From: Eledone cirrhosa
Lineage: Eukaryota
Length of the DNA stretch: 64,000 nt
Direction of reading: 5' to 3'
Assembly (NCBI GenBank): GCA_964016885.1
Contig: OZ024756.1
Location: 18,476,001 to 18,540,000 of the forward strand
Made by a program: the position numbers and the translations under genes. Below the pieces are notes generated by a model. The model had not been told where the DNA came from, made no database searches, and saw nothing but the letters and a program-made list of their open reading frames with translations. Positions 27,287-41,212 of this stretch are shown piece by piece (position 1 is the stretch's first letter; each line of letters begins with the position of its first letter).

Positions 27287-27353
<67 letters not shown>

Positions 27354-27587
27354 AACCTGATTAGCTTGCTTCGTTTCGTTTTTTTTTTTTGGCTCCGGTG
27401 AATGATAGCTACATGCTCGCCGTTTTCAGTTTGTCTGGCCTCTATAACGTACGTTGATTGGTCTGCTCTTCTTTTAGTCTATTGAGCGCTACCCGAACAT
27501 CTCGAAAATTGCGTTTCGCTTTGTTTTTGACCACAGCCGAAATACGATCTCGCTGAAATTTATATATATATATACATGTACACACAC

Positions 27588-27627
<40 letters not shown>

Positions 27628-28038
27628 AGAGTATTGAAGTTTGCTTGAAGCATTGTGGAACAATAAGTAAATATCTTTAAGTCGTTTGGAAGCCTCAAAA
27701 CAACAAACAGCGAAAGACGCGTTCCGGACTTGTCCGACAGACAACCTTTTCCCCCACCCCGGAAAAAACCCCCAGTTGATGGATGTGAATCCGAAATATA
27801 TAGGGACTATTAAATCTCTCCCAAGGTAACTCTCTCTTGTGTTGTTATTTTTATTTTTATCCTTTATACTCTTCCCTTCATTCTACACATCTCACACATC
27901 TTATACACACCACGCATCTCAACCCCCACTTACATCTCAACACCCACTTACATCTCTCTCTCCACCACCGGACCTTGTTACCCGGAGATTTACCCATTTG
28001 CATTGTCGAGGCTTCCAAACGACTTAAAGATATTTACT

Positions 28039-28070
<32 letters not shown>

Positions 28071-28166
28071 GAGAGAGAGAGAGAAATTCTACGAACACAA
28101 TTCAGTCGTACGTACACAAATTCCATTCACAATACGTATGTTTATTTACGTAGAAACAATTTAGTG

Positions 28167-28258
<92 letters not shown>

Positions 28259-28441
28259 CACTACGTATATATATTTATATATATAATAGGTTCTTATCTG
28301 ATTACAGTTATGTATCTGAAGTTCAAGAGTGGCGACTGTGTTGGTGGTGGCGGCGATGACTATTAGTTGCCTTAGCTTACTTCTGGGAGTGGTGAACCCT
28401 ACCTCTCTGTGTGAGCCTGTCTGTCGCTCTGTCTGTCTGTC

Positions 28442-28505
<64 letters not shown>

Positions 28506-28663
28506 AATAGGAACATGTATGCTTTACAGGACATTTATATCAATTTAAAAAAAATGGTTATTTTGCACTGAGGGTTCTAAGAAGAACTTAATAATTAAGT
28601 AATAAGAGCTATGACAACCATGAAATAGAAAGAAATAGAAGAATCTGGAATATATCATAAAAA

Positions 28664-28696
<33 letters not shown>

Positions 28697-28697
<1 letters not shown>

Positions 28698-28896
28698 CGA
28701 AGGAAATGTAAGGAACCAGGTGGACCATAACGCACCAAAGTACTAAATACTTAGGGTAGCAGAGTGGGTAATAGGAACAAGTAAGACCCCGACGGCTGAG
28801 CTCAAGCCGTTTCGACGGCTAATTCTGGACTGGAATTAGTCTAGAATTAGCCGTCGAAACGGCTTGAGCTCAGCCGTCGGTGTCTTACTTGTTCCT
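28697..28896. mobile_element. TA-flanked element with a fold-back through an HHR 3' half
   Basis: Arms about 28771-28831 / 28838-28897. Confidence 0.8.
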
Positions 28897-29035
28897 ATAT
28901 ATATATATATATATATATATATCCTATTTCTTTTATATATATATATATATCTTATTTCTTTTATATGATGGCTGCCCCTCGTTATCGAGTATGGCCATTG
29001 CACGAGGAGAAAAAAAAAATAATAAATAAAAAAAA

Positions 29036-29066
<31 letters not shown>

Positions 29067-29332
29067 TATACATATATACACACATATATATACACACACA
29101 CATACATTAATAACAATAATAATAATAATAACAACAACAACAATAATAACAACGACAACAACAATAATAATATACATATACATATATATATATACACACA
29201 CACGCACACACATAAACATATCTACACACACACACACACACACACATACATATGCGCGCACACACACGCATACATACGCGCGCACACAGCAACACTCATA
29301 CATACAAACAGACACACACACGCTACTCACTT

Positions 29333-29372
<40 letters not shown>

Positions 29373-29475
29373 TACCGTCATTACTGATACAAGATTACAA
29401 GATTATGTCAACTGTTGACTTTCAAGAGTTTGTATAGTTGAAGCCGTTCGTGTTCAGTTCAGTATTATTATAACT

Positions 29476-29525
<50 letters not shown>

Positions 29526-30053
29526 GAATAATCGAGAATCGGAATATCAGCCCACGAAATCACGATAAACAATATCCGATATATGTGGCAGAGGGCTCAA
29601 TAATTTGGAAAAATCAGAGCTATAACTATCGTTAAAATACCAACACATAGAGGTCATGCCTAAAAATCACCCATGCAGCCGAAAATAAACGACCAGGAAG
29701 ATTCGGGTCACTCAAATAAAATATCAATAAATTAATAAATTAAATGAATGTAAAACTTACCCGGACCCGCTAGAATGATGTTAAATCTAGCTTCTTGGGT
29801 TTCTGCAATTCCTTAATCTGAACACTATCAGCCCAATAAAAGATATATAAGGCTTATAGAGAAGAGAGGAACAAGGAAAGCTTTATCAACGAGTCTTTAG
29901 TTCCACAGTATAGAAGATATATATTGAGGTGTATTATTGGTTGTGTCAAACGATCCAATAAAATTTTTGTTAGCAATATTAAGTTCTCCACGCTTTTGTA
30001 TATCTCCAATTCCATTTATGGGAACAGCTAGATGATGTAAAACGGAGTATTTG

Positions 30054-30159
30054 TATCAAAATAAAGATCCGAAGGCATGGTATAAATTTCCATTGAAACA
30101 TGTGTCGTGATTAAAATGATTGGAAATTTATACCATGCCTTCGGATCTTTATTTTGATA
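30054..30159. repeat. 39-bp-arm inverted repeat abutting (TA)n
   Basis: TATCAAAATAAAGATCCGAAGGCATGGTATAAATTTCCA and its reverse complement. Confidence 0.85.
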
Positions 30160-30579
30160 TATATATATATATATATAAATATTTATTAAAATAACAGATT
30201 AAAGTTTAAGCAAAGAATCGGTGCTTTCACCCTTAACGGGATCTTCTGAAATATTTGCCCTACGGTTCTTATATATTTGATATATATTTATCCTTATCGA
30301 GTCCTCTTTGGATTTAGTCTTCAAATTTATTATTATTACTATATATATATATATATATATATATCATATATATTTCCAGTTTTGATATTTGATATTTGAT
30401 ATCAGTTTTGATATTTGAAAATGAATGGATTTTTTCGAATGAAACAGTTCTAGTTCTGTAGAAGCCATTTCTATATTAAATATTTATACTCTGCTATGTA
30501 TTGAGTACCTTACTTACTGTGGTTACCCCTTGATTGAACCCGGGTTAAAATATATATATATATATATATATTCATACAG

Positions 30580-30765
30580 ATTTTACGGGCAAAGTCAACC
30601 GATAGGAGACGCAGGGGGAGGCCCCGAGCAAGATGGTTGGATAACATCCAGGAGCTTGGCTGGCCTCGCTTGGGGATCCAGCCGGATTAGTTGGAGATGG
30701 TTCCTTCTGAAAGGACCCACTGGAAGGAGTGTTTGACCACTCTGCCCACACGACCCTCTCAGGAA
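30580..30765 (+). mobile_element. LINE (RTE-like) 3'-terminal fragment
   Basis: Peptide RRRGRPRARWLDNI. Confidence 0.6.
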
Positions 30766-30883
30766 TATATATAGATATACTCTTTTACTTTATTACTTGT
30801 ATCAACTTTCCTTGAGGCTATGCTGGGGCACCGCCCTTGTTGATACACGTGTTGGCTGGCCATTGGTGTAAGAGGCTACCCTT

Positions 30884-30922
<39 letters not shown>

Positions 30923-30925
<3 letters not shown>

Positions 30926-31118
30926 TTAATATAGAAGAGCTTCTACAGGACTAGAACTGTTTCATTCGTGAGAAATCATCAGAGAGCTTCCTGATGATTT
31001 CTCACGAATGAAACAGTTCTAGTCCTGTAGAAGCTCTTCTATATTAAAACTTTTATACTCTACTATGTTTTGAGTACCTTACTTACTGTGGTCACCTCCG
31101 ATTCAACCCGGAATAACT
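30923..31118 (+). mobile_element. Fold-back HHR element in (TA)n; family also at 30430-30545, 35220-35423 and 35445-35560
   Basis: 30923-30982 is the reverse complement of 30991-31050. Shared tail TTGAGTACCTTACTTACTGTGG..AACCCGG. Confidence 0.85.
30983..31037 (+). ncRNA. Type I HHR
   Basis: AGAGCTTC-CTGATGA-tTTC tcac GAAt-GAA-ACAG ttctagtc CTGT-A-GAAGCTCT. Confidence 0.85.
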
Positions 31119-31134
<16 letters not shown>

Positions 31135-31151
<17 letters not shown>

Positions 31152-32423
31152 GTATGTGTGTGTGTGTCTGTGTATTACCTATAGGGGCCTACATCTTACG
31201 ACCAATTTTCATGAAACTTTACAGGCTCATAGATTAGTCACCGGGGAGTGTTTTCTATATATCAGCGTATGGTTTTTTAAATTTTTATTCCGGGGTCATT
31301 CTGCAGATAAAAATCGACAGGGCGTCACCTTTTTTTAGGTATCGAAAAATAAGATTTTTGGCTCTAGCCCCCACATTTTGCCACCGATTTCGTTTAAATT
31401 TTAAAGCAAAATAGAATTTATCATTCCACATTCTATAATGGCTTTATATTTTGCATTTGTTGTTCACGGACGGCGTGGCAGCCGCTTAAATATTCGAAAA
31501 TACCACCTTTTCGCTCAAATTTCCGCCTTTTCGGCTCTAGCTCCCATATTAATCAACCTACTTTGTTCAAATTTTACACTACGCTAGATCTGATTATTTC
31601 ACGTCTTAAAGTGGCTTTACATTTTGGATCTTTTGTTCAGGAACTGCGTGGCAGCCGCTTAAATATTCGAAAATACCACCTTTTCGCTCTAATTTCCGCC
31701 TTTTCGGCTCTAGCGCCCACATTTTTCAACCGATTTCGTTCAAATTTGAAACTTCGGCTCCACCTCACACATAAATTAATTTATTTGGTTCAACTTTTAT
31801 ACTACGATAGAACCTATCATTAGCTCCCACATTTTTCAACCGATTTCGTTCAAATTCGAAACTTCGGCTCCACCTCACACATAAATCAATTTATTTGGTA
31901 CAACTTTTATACTACGATAGAACCTATCATTGCACATCTTTTAGTAGCTTTACACTTTGCATTTTTTGTTCAGGGACGGCGACCTATCATTAGCTCCCAC
32001 ATTTTCAACCGATTTCGTTCAAATTCTAAACTTCGGCTCCACCTCAGACATAAATCAATTTATTTGGTTCAACTTTTATACTACGATAGAACCTATCATT
32101 GCACACCTTATAGATGGTCAAAGGCAAAACGATGGCCACTGACGTCGTCTGATCTTTTAGTTGTGTATTTGAGAATTCATCGGTTTCCAATCAAGTAGCG
32201 TGAGGAAATTTGGCTTAGTGTTGAGGTCATTACCCCCCCCCCCCCAGCATGCCCCTTCGTCAGTCACCCACGTTTCTCATTGATAGAGGTCATTACCACC
32301 CTCCCCCGCATGGCCTGTGTGTGGCCATAGATGAGTCATCGAGAAGCAGTCGCTCATATCAATTCCTTTTCATCAAAGCAAATATTATTTTACCTACCCA
32401 GGCAACGTTGGGTACTGTTGCTA

Positions 32424-32424
<1 letters not shown>
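31135..32424 (+). mobile_element. Non-autonomous Helitron with internal repeats
   Basis: 3' end ACCCAGGCAACGTTGGGTA..CTAG|T; 5' TATATAAAA..(GT)n; internal direct repeats at 31480-32110. Confidence 0.75.
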
Positions 32425-32459
<35 letters not shown>

Positions 32460-32618
32460 AAGAGCCAGGGCCATCCGACTGAGCGCCTGCCGTTTAGACA
32501 TCTAGTTCCAGGAGCTCAGCCGTCGGCCCATGGTTCCTTTTATTATATATACACTCTACTAGCCCAATGATCGAGAACTGTATTGAATAATGGTCTAAGT
32601 AATTAATACTGGTTTAAT

Positions 32619-32692
<74 letters not shown>

Positions 32693-32698
<6 letters not shown>

Positions 32699-33005
32699 TA
32701 ACTAAACAAAAAAGAAAAACGAACACAGACATATACATATATGTGTTCAAATCGTAATGGACCAGATTCGCTAAGGTGAAAAGAATACTAACTACAGACA
32801 ATAGGGTTTGCTAGACTCAATTTAAGAATAAATCAAGAAAAATAAATACAAACCAGAATTGTGGTAACTAATCTGGCCCATTACGATTTGAACACATATA
32901 TGTCTGCGTTCGTTTTTATTTTTTGTTCAGTTATACTATACGGCTCGGAAAAACCTCTTTCCTAGAGCTAATTTACTGTAATGAGACTATTTTGAGTTTC
33001 TAACT
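32693..33005. mobile_element. Fold-back element with a tail; tail family inverted at 16815-16878
   Basis: Arms about 32693-32768 / 32870-32940. TACGGCTCGGAAA..GACTATTTTGAGTTT is shared. Confidence 0.75.
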
Positions 33006-33115
33006 AACTCAATACATGCCTTTGATATATATTGAGATAAGCGGAACAAGTAAAATTCAAACAATCTTTCAAAATAAATTCAAAAAATATAATTTAAATA
33101 TTTACCTATCCATAT

Positions 33116-33196
33116 TGCTTTTACCGACGGTTTCGCCTCACAAAAGATTGGAAATCCGAGGGACTTCCAATGGAAAGTTCGGCTCTTCAGAAAGCA
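33116..33196 (-). ncRNA. Type I HHR
   Basis: TGCTTT-CTGAAGA-GCC...GGC-GAA-ACC gtc GGT-A-AAAGCA. Confidence 0.8.
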
Positions 33197-33959
33197 TTTT
33201 CCCTTACATAGGACATAAAGTCCCACAACCGGCAAATATATTGCCTTCAGCCAGCTAGTGCAGGATCGAATGGGCCGTAAACGTGACCTACACGTGAACT
33301 GGTCGTTAGTAGAAGCAGGAGTAGCATAGATGCGTTGTCTGCCACACCACTAAAAATAGCAGCTAGGTAAACAACGGATTTTTTCACTACACATGGGAGA
33401 ATTTACATACAATGAGATCGATATCCCCACAGGTACTAAGTACCCTCGGAAATATATAGGGTGTCTATGATACAGTTGTTGTTTAATGGTATTAATTTGG
33501 CATACTAGAACTATAAAATTAAGATAAGATATATATAAATGGAATACTACGTCGATCAGAGCTGAACATATATTTCCAGATGGAAATTTCCTCTTTGTAA
33601 CACAGGTCTGAGCAAGATTTATGTAAGATCTGCCGTTTCCAAGCAACAAACCCGACTCTCACTCCTCATATAACCAATAAGGCCTAGAAGATTAACAAGG
33701 GCGATACAGATTAGTAGCAGTGTTATCTCAGGTGCAGCCACGAGAAGGGAAACAGCCAGAACAAATACTGCAAGGCATTAGGTCCCACAGACATCGACTG
33801 GTAATTTATTGACCCCCAGTAGAGTGAATAAGTAGTTGACTCATAGCTGCAATGCACAATGTACGTATGTGTGTGTGTGTGTATGTAAGTGTATGTATGT
33901 ATGTATGTATGTATGTATATGTTTATGATTGTATATATATATATGATATTCGTTCGAGA

Positions 33960-34100
33960 ATGCTGTAAGGTATTCGTTCCGTCTCTCTGTTATCTGAGTT
34001 CAAATTCCGCCAAGGTCAACTTTGCCTTTCATTCTTTCAAGGTCGATAAAAAAATGTACCAGTCTAGTACTGGGGTCCATTCTGCCTCTATATCTCTTTC

Positions 34101-34177
<77 letters not shown>

Positions 34178-34320
34178 CTCTCTCTTTCTCTGGAGGAAAT
34201 CTGCTGGACTCAGGCCTGGAGAGGGATGATCTCCACCAACCTTATAATGCCCCCCCCCAAAAAAAAACGCCGTATGCCAATACGGCGCTCCCACGACTCT
34301 ATCAGAAGTTACAGGACCAT
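33960..34320 (+). mobile_element. Family 1 SINE variant with extended tail
   Basis: GAGTTCAAATTCC B box; tail matches the reverse complement of about 7510-7630. Confidence 0.75.
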
Positions 34321-34417
34321 ACAATAGAATATATATAATATGTATGTATATATATCAAAAGCGTGAACCTAATAAACTAATATTTGTACTGCCTCTCTGT
34401 TTTTGTCCCTGTCTAAG

Positions 34418-34471
<54 letters not shown>

Positions 34472-34520
34472 CATATTATATATAATATGTATGTGTATAT
34501 ATGTTTTCGATATTCCTTAT

Positions 34521-34565
34521 GCTCCGATGATTCCAGACTTCCCCCTGGAAGAAACAATCGTCAGC
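34521..34565 (+). ncRNA. Type I HHR with a U4-to-C core mutation
   Basis: GCT-CCGATGA-TTCCAG..CTGGAA-GAA-AC aatc GT-C-AGC; between TA tracts. Confidence 0.65.
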
Positions 34566-34606
34566 TGATAAATGTTCTAAACTAAAATTTGATCGTTTTA
34601 ACACTT

Positions 34607-34644
<38 letters not shown>

Positions 34645-34719
34645 GTATGTATATATATATATATTATATATATATATATATATTGACTGTAGTACTACGA
34701 TAGTGTTAAGCATGGTAGA

Positions 34720-34793
34720 GGTGTATATGAAATCATTTACTATATGTTTGGATTCATGAATACAAACATATAGTATATGCTTTCATATACACC
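34720..34793. repeat. About 74-bp imperfect palindrome
   Basis: GGTGTATATGAAA...TTCATGAA...TTTCATATACACC. Confidence 0.8.
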
Positions 34794-35308
34794 CCGCCCC
34801 CCCTTAAATATAAGAGGGCCTCGCTATCAAAGAAAAAATATTTCCCCCTCTTGTTCTCAATATATGTGCGGGTCGTGATTTATGTGTCACGTTCAGAAAA
34901 TGATTAAATAATATTTTATCTTTGTTTTTACTCTTTTCTGAGGAAAAAAAAGCCCTTGATTATGCTGTTGTTGTTGGTGTTGTTTGTATCATTGTTACTA
35001 GTAAATGACCCTTTGTTTCAGAAACACAAATAATATCATCCTGTTCTATCGTGTGTGTATGTGCATATATATATATTCAGTAATGTAGTGTATGTATGTG
35101 TATATACACACAAATATATATATATATACATACATATATATATATATATATACATACACACAAGTATATATACACACACAAGTATCTAACTCTCTATCTA
35201 TCTCTCTCTATATATAATACGTGAGTACCGGGTTCAATCAAGGGTAACCACAGTAAGGTACTCAATACATTAGTAGAGTATTTTCAACAAATTTAATATA
35301 GAAATAGC

Positions 35309-35353
35309 TTCTACAGGACTAGAACTGTTTCATTCGAAGGAAATCATCAGGAA
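35309..35353 (-). ncRNA. HHR of the 30983 family, stem I shortened by the inversion
   Basis: TTC-CTGATGA-tTTC cttc GAAt-GAA-ACAG..CTGT-A-GAA. Confidence 0.65.
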
Positions 35354-35559
35354 ATTCCATGATTTCCTTCGAATAAAACAGTTGTTCTAGTCCTGTATAA
35401 GCTATTTCTATATTAAATTTGTTATATATATATATATATGTTTGTCCCGGGTTCAATCGGGGGTAACCACAGTAAGTAAGGTACTCAATACAAAGCAGAG
35501 TATAAATATTTAATATAGAAAGGCTTCTACAGGACCAGAACTGTTTCATTCGGGAATCA

Positions 35560-36286
35560 GCAAGGTTAGAATTAACAATGAATATAGTGAAAAATTTAGC
35601 GTAAAAGTTGATGTTCATCAAGGCTCTCTCCTTAGCGCCCTCCTGTTTATTATTGCCCTTCAGGCTATAACAGAGGAGTTAAAGACCGGCTGCCCATGGG
35701 AAATTCTATACGCAGATGATCTAACTCTCATAGCTGAATCTATGGCCGAACTAGAGAAGAAATTCCAAACATGGAAGCATGGCCTAGAATCAAAAGGCCA
35801 TAAAGTTAACTTGTCTAAGGCTAAAGTTCTAGTATGTAGAAAGGAAAATAGAGCACAGGTGCCCTCTGGCAAATGGCCATGCTCAATGTGTAGGAAAGGA
35901 GTAGGTAGAAATTCCATTTTATGTCCCAAATGCTAACTATGGGTACATAAAAGATGTAGTGGGATCACAGGACGTAGATTTTATATGTGGCCGTTGTTCA
36001 GGTGCAATAAGTAGCAGGTGCCCACAGGATACTAGCTCCTTCTACTGCCCAGATGGTTCTATAGAAATACTGAACACTTTCCGTTACCTGGGTGACAAAA
36101 TCATGGAGGGTGCTCTGAAAGTACAGTAGCCAGAGTTAGAACGGGATGGAAAAAGTTCAGAGAGCTTATACAGCTGTTGGCTACAAAAGGTTTCTCTCTA
36201 AAAATGAAAGGCAGATTGTATGATGCTTGTATACGAACAGCAATGTTACATGGCAGTGAGACATGGGCATTGTGTGCAGAGGACCT
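35560..36286 (+). pseudogene. RTE-type LINE RT fragment with a Cys/His-rich insert
   Basis: VHQGSLLSALLF, LYADDL, WPCSMCRKGVGRNSILCPKC, MLHGSETW. Confidence 0.85.
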
Positions 36287-36381
36287 ATGTATGTATGTAT
36301 GTATGTATGTATGTATGTATGTATGTATGTATGTATGTATGTATGTATGTACGTATGTACACACACACACACACACACACA

Positions 36382-36788
36382 CTTATAAGTTTTAAGAACA
36401 GTCGGACAAAATATATCCAATTTTTCTCCTCCTTAGTCCGTAGAAATCAACTAGATAAACCATCATTTAAACGGAGCTAAGTTTAAAATGTAACTTTGAA
36501 GAAATAACAGATAAATGTCACAGACTTTCCTCCGTGGGGAGCAGTCAGATAAAATTTACCCAGTCTTTTCTCTTAGTCCGTAGAAATTAACTAGACAAAT
36601 AATCAATTAAACGGAGCTAAGTTTAAAATGTAAGTTTGAAGAAAAAATGCATATAAACTTTACCTTTTTTCTTCAAACTTACATTTTAAACTTAGCTCCG
36701 TTTAAATTATTATTTATCTAGTTGATTTCTACTGACTAAGGAGGAGAAAATATGGATATATTTTGTCTGACTGTTCTTCAAACTTATA
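36382..36788. mobile_element. Element with a direct partial duplication plus an inverted arm
   Basis: About 36432-36504 repeated at 36572-36644; about 36668-36788 is the reverse complement of 36383-36504. Confidence 0.75.
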
Positions 36789-36917
36789 ATTTTATATAGC
36801 TCTGATTAATAATTATTTACTTAATTAATTTTTTCATAGAAGCACACCGTTGAAGGTGGCCACACTCATATATGTATCTATGGCTATGTCTAAATATATA
36901 GATATCTATCCTTATGA

Positions 36918-36974
<57 letters not shown>

Positions 36975-37092
36975 TTGTAATAAAATGAAAACGAAATTTC
37001 ATTTCTCACTCTGAGTACGGCACTTACTTAAATGTAAGTATGTATGTATACGTACATACATATATGTATACAGACGTACAGTAGCATGCATA

Positions 37093-37172
<80 letters not shown>

Positions 37173-37228
37173 CAGGTACACATACACGTACATATATATA
37201 TATATATGTGTGTACCTGTATGTATATA

Positions 37229-37354
<126 letters not shown>

Positions 37355-37407
37355 TGCTACTGTACGTCTGTATACATATATGTATGTACGTATACATACA
37401 TACTTAC

Positions 37408-37522
<115 letters not shown>

Positions 37523-37527
37523 ATATA

Positions 37528-37903
37528 TACTATATTTATCGAAATGACAAATGTGGATCTGTTAGTGAATTGAGGTTTGGAACCCATTGCGTGGCACATA
37601 GGCATAGAGTCTTTAACAAGAGACTTGGGTCGACCAATGCTTATGCTGACCGGATAACCATCATGTTGCTTGCTTTTTTCCTACCTTCGGTATGCTTTTC
37701 CTTCTATGTTGTTTACTTGTCTCACTCGCTTTACGTGATTCACTTGTCCCAATAGCTTATTTTAGTTATTGCTCGCACCAACCTGAGGTATATGATTTTT
37801 AATGCAATGAAATACCAATGATGGTTGGAAAATCATTGATGAGGGACTAATTTTATAATATGTAACCCATGTGCAACCACGCAGTATTCCTCTTTCTTCC
37901 CAT

Positions 37904-37953
<50 letters not shown>

Positions 37954-38061
37954 TATATTTATCGAAATGATAAATGTGGGTCTGTTGGTGAATTGAGGTT
38001 TGGAACCCATTGCGTGGCACATAGGCATAGTCTTTAACAAGAGACTTGGGTCGACCAATGC
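37528..38061. repeat. About 115-bp direct repeat (37528 and 37950), each copy following (TA)n
   Basis: TACTATATTTATCGAAATGA...GGGTCGACCAATGC occurs twice. The intervening 37765-37885 resembles 59215-59335. Confidence 0.75.
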
Positions 38062-38204
38062 CTTGTCTGGCGGTGTCTGTGTGGAAGACCGACGCCGGAT
38101 GCATTTTTCTTAACTTTAGGTAGTAGACATAACACGTCACCTCGTTTGATACCATCATGTGATCCTTGGATGTTTATTCATAAAAAAAAAAAAAAAATCG
38201 ACAA

Positions 38205-39450
38205 AACCACAACAAACGCCACCTCCAACACCACAACCACCAATACGATATTCCAACAATCATCTCTGTCAACACTACCACCAACAGCAGCACCACCACA
38301 ACCGCTACCACCACCATCACCACCACGACCACGACCACGACCACCACCATCAGCACTACCGCCACCACCATCACTACCACCACCACCATCACCACTACCA
38401 CCACCATCACCACTACCACCACTACCACCATCACCACCACGACCACGACCGCCACCACCACCATCACCACGACTACCACCACCAACACCACCACAATCAC
38501 CACTACCACCACCAACACCACCACTAGCACTACGACCACAACCACTACCACAACTACCACCAACACGACCACGACCACGACCACTATCACAACCACCACG
38601 ACCTCGACCACCACTACCACCACCACCACCACTATCACCACCACCACCACCACCATCACCACTACGACCCCTACCACCAACACCACCACGACCACGACTA
38701 CCACCACCAACACCACCACGATCACCACTACCACCACCAACACCACCACTAGCACCACGACCACAACCACTACCACAACTACCACCAACACCACCACGAC
38801 CTCGACCACCACTACCACCAACACCACCACTATCACCACTACCACCACTACCACCAACACCACCACGACCACCACCACGACCTCGACCACCACTACCACC
38901 AACACGACCACCACTAGCACCACGACCACAACCACTACCACCACTACCACGACCACCACGACCTCGACCACCACTACCACCAACACCACCACTATCACCA
39001 CCACCACCACCACCATCACCACTACGACCACTACCACCAACACCACCACGACCACTACCACCAACACCACCACGACCACCACCACGACCTCGACCACCAC
39101 TACCACCAACACCACCACCACTATCACCACCACCACCACCATCACCATACTATCAGTCAGACTCGATGACTGCTCTCTCTCTCTCTTTCTCCTTTCAGAT
39201 ATAACTTTTCCAAGTAGTTTTCCATGAAAACTACAGCCCCAACCACCACCACCACCACCACCATCACCACCACCACCACCACCACCACCACCACCACCAC
39301 CACCTCCACCGCCACCACTATCTGCTCTTCAAAACATGACAACATAGCATTGTTATGTGACCACCACCACCACCACTGCCTGTACCGCCGCCGCCACCAC
39401 CACCACCACCACCACCACCACCACCACCACCACCACCACCACCCCCACCC
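38205..39450. repeat. (CCA)n-derived repeats
   Basis: Direct reading. Confidence 0.9.
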
Positions 39451-39639
39451 CCCGTCACCGCCGCTGCCGGTGACCCCCTTCAGGGTCCAACGGAAATACT
39501 CTTGTCCGCTATTCATACGTCTTTATTATGAATATGTGTCTGTGAGCCAATGTGGTAAAGCATATATATACATATATACATACATACACACATACATACA
39601 TACACACATATACATACATACATACACACATACATACAT

Positions 39640-39832
39640 ACATACGCACACACACGTATATATGTATGTGTATATATATTTGTCTGTACATAACATATTA
39701 TGTGTGTGTACATATATATAGGTGTGTGTATATATATTTGTCTGTACATAACATATATTTATGTGTGTGTACATATATATAGGTGTGTGTATGAGTGTGT
39801 ACATAAATGTATATATATATATGTACACAGAT

Positions 39833-39867
<35 letters not shown>

Positions 39868-40025
39868 CATACATACACACATACATACATACGCACACAC
39901 ACGTATATATGTATGTGTATATATATATTTGTCTGTACATAACATATATTTATGTGTGTGTACATATATATATAGGTGTGTGTATGAGTGTGTACATAAA
40001 TGTATATATATATATGTACACAGAT

Positions 40026-40062
<37 letters not shown>

Positions 40063-40216
40063 CATACATACACACATACATACATACGCACACACACGTA
40101 TATATGTATGTGTATATATATTTGTCTGTACATAACATATATATATGTATGTGTACATATATATAGGTGTGTGTATGAGTGTGTACATAAATGTATATAT
40201 ATATATGTACACAGAT

Positions 40217-40251
<35 letters not shown>

Positions 40252-40405
40252 CATACATACACACATACATACATACGCACACACACGTATATATGTATGT
40301 GTATATATATTTGTCTGTACATAACATATATTTATGTGTGTGTACATATATATAGGTGTGTGTATGAGTGTGTACATAAATGTATATATATATATGTACA
40401 CAGAT

Positions 40406-40452
<47 letters not shown>

Positions 40453-40606
40453 CATACACACATACATACATACGCACACACACGTATATATGTATGTGTA
40501 TATATATTTGTCTGTACATAACATATATTTATGTATGTGTACATATATATAGGTGTGTGTATGAGTGTGTACATAAATGTATATATATATATATATGTAC
40601 ACAGAT

Positions 40607-40644
<38 letters not shown>

Positions 40645-40797
40645 ATACATACACACATACATACATACGCACACACACGTATATATGTATGTGTATATAT
40701 ATTTGTCTGTACATAACATATATTTATGTGTGTGTACATATATATAGGTGTGTGTATGAGTGTGTACATAAATGTATATATATATATGTACACAGAT

Positions 40798-40832
<35 letters not shown>

Positions 40833-40986
40833 CATACATACACACATACATACATACGCACACACACGTATATATGTATGTGTATATATATTTGTCTGTA
40901 CATAACATATATTTATGTGTGTGTACATATATATAGGTGTGTGTATGAGTGTGTACATAAATGTATATATATATATGTACACAGAT

Positions 40987-41055
<69 letters not shown>

Positions 41056-41058
41056 CAC
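39640..41058. repeat. About 190-bp minisatellite built from TA/CA microsatellites
   Basis: TTTGTCTGTACATAACAT marker recurs about every 190 bp. Confidence 0.9.
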
Positions 41059-41212
41059 GTATATTTACAATAGGTGTCCTACATAAATTCTCATGTAGAA
41101 TACTTCTCATTGATATTACATTTTATTGTATGTATTGAATTCTTTCATGTATGACTTGTCTTCATACATCCATACATAGACACCTATAGACATACATGCA
41201 TACACACACATA

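Larger units (their letters stand above)
26104..27291 (+). mobile_element. Retrozyme/Penelope-pLTR-like element: inverted arm, 595-bp unit and partial tandem copy, in (TA)n
   Basis: 26104-26390 is the reverse complement of 26579-26865. 26394-26696 is repeated at 26989-27291. Confidence 0.85.

Noticed and set aside
30210-30250. Minus-strand CAGAAGA-tCCC..GGGt-GAAA as a hammerhead
   Set aside because: Core is mutated and stem I is not convincing; at best a decayed relic.
36383-36460. TTAAGA..GAAATCAACTAGATA as a hammerhead
   Set aside because: Core length and stem I do not fit.
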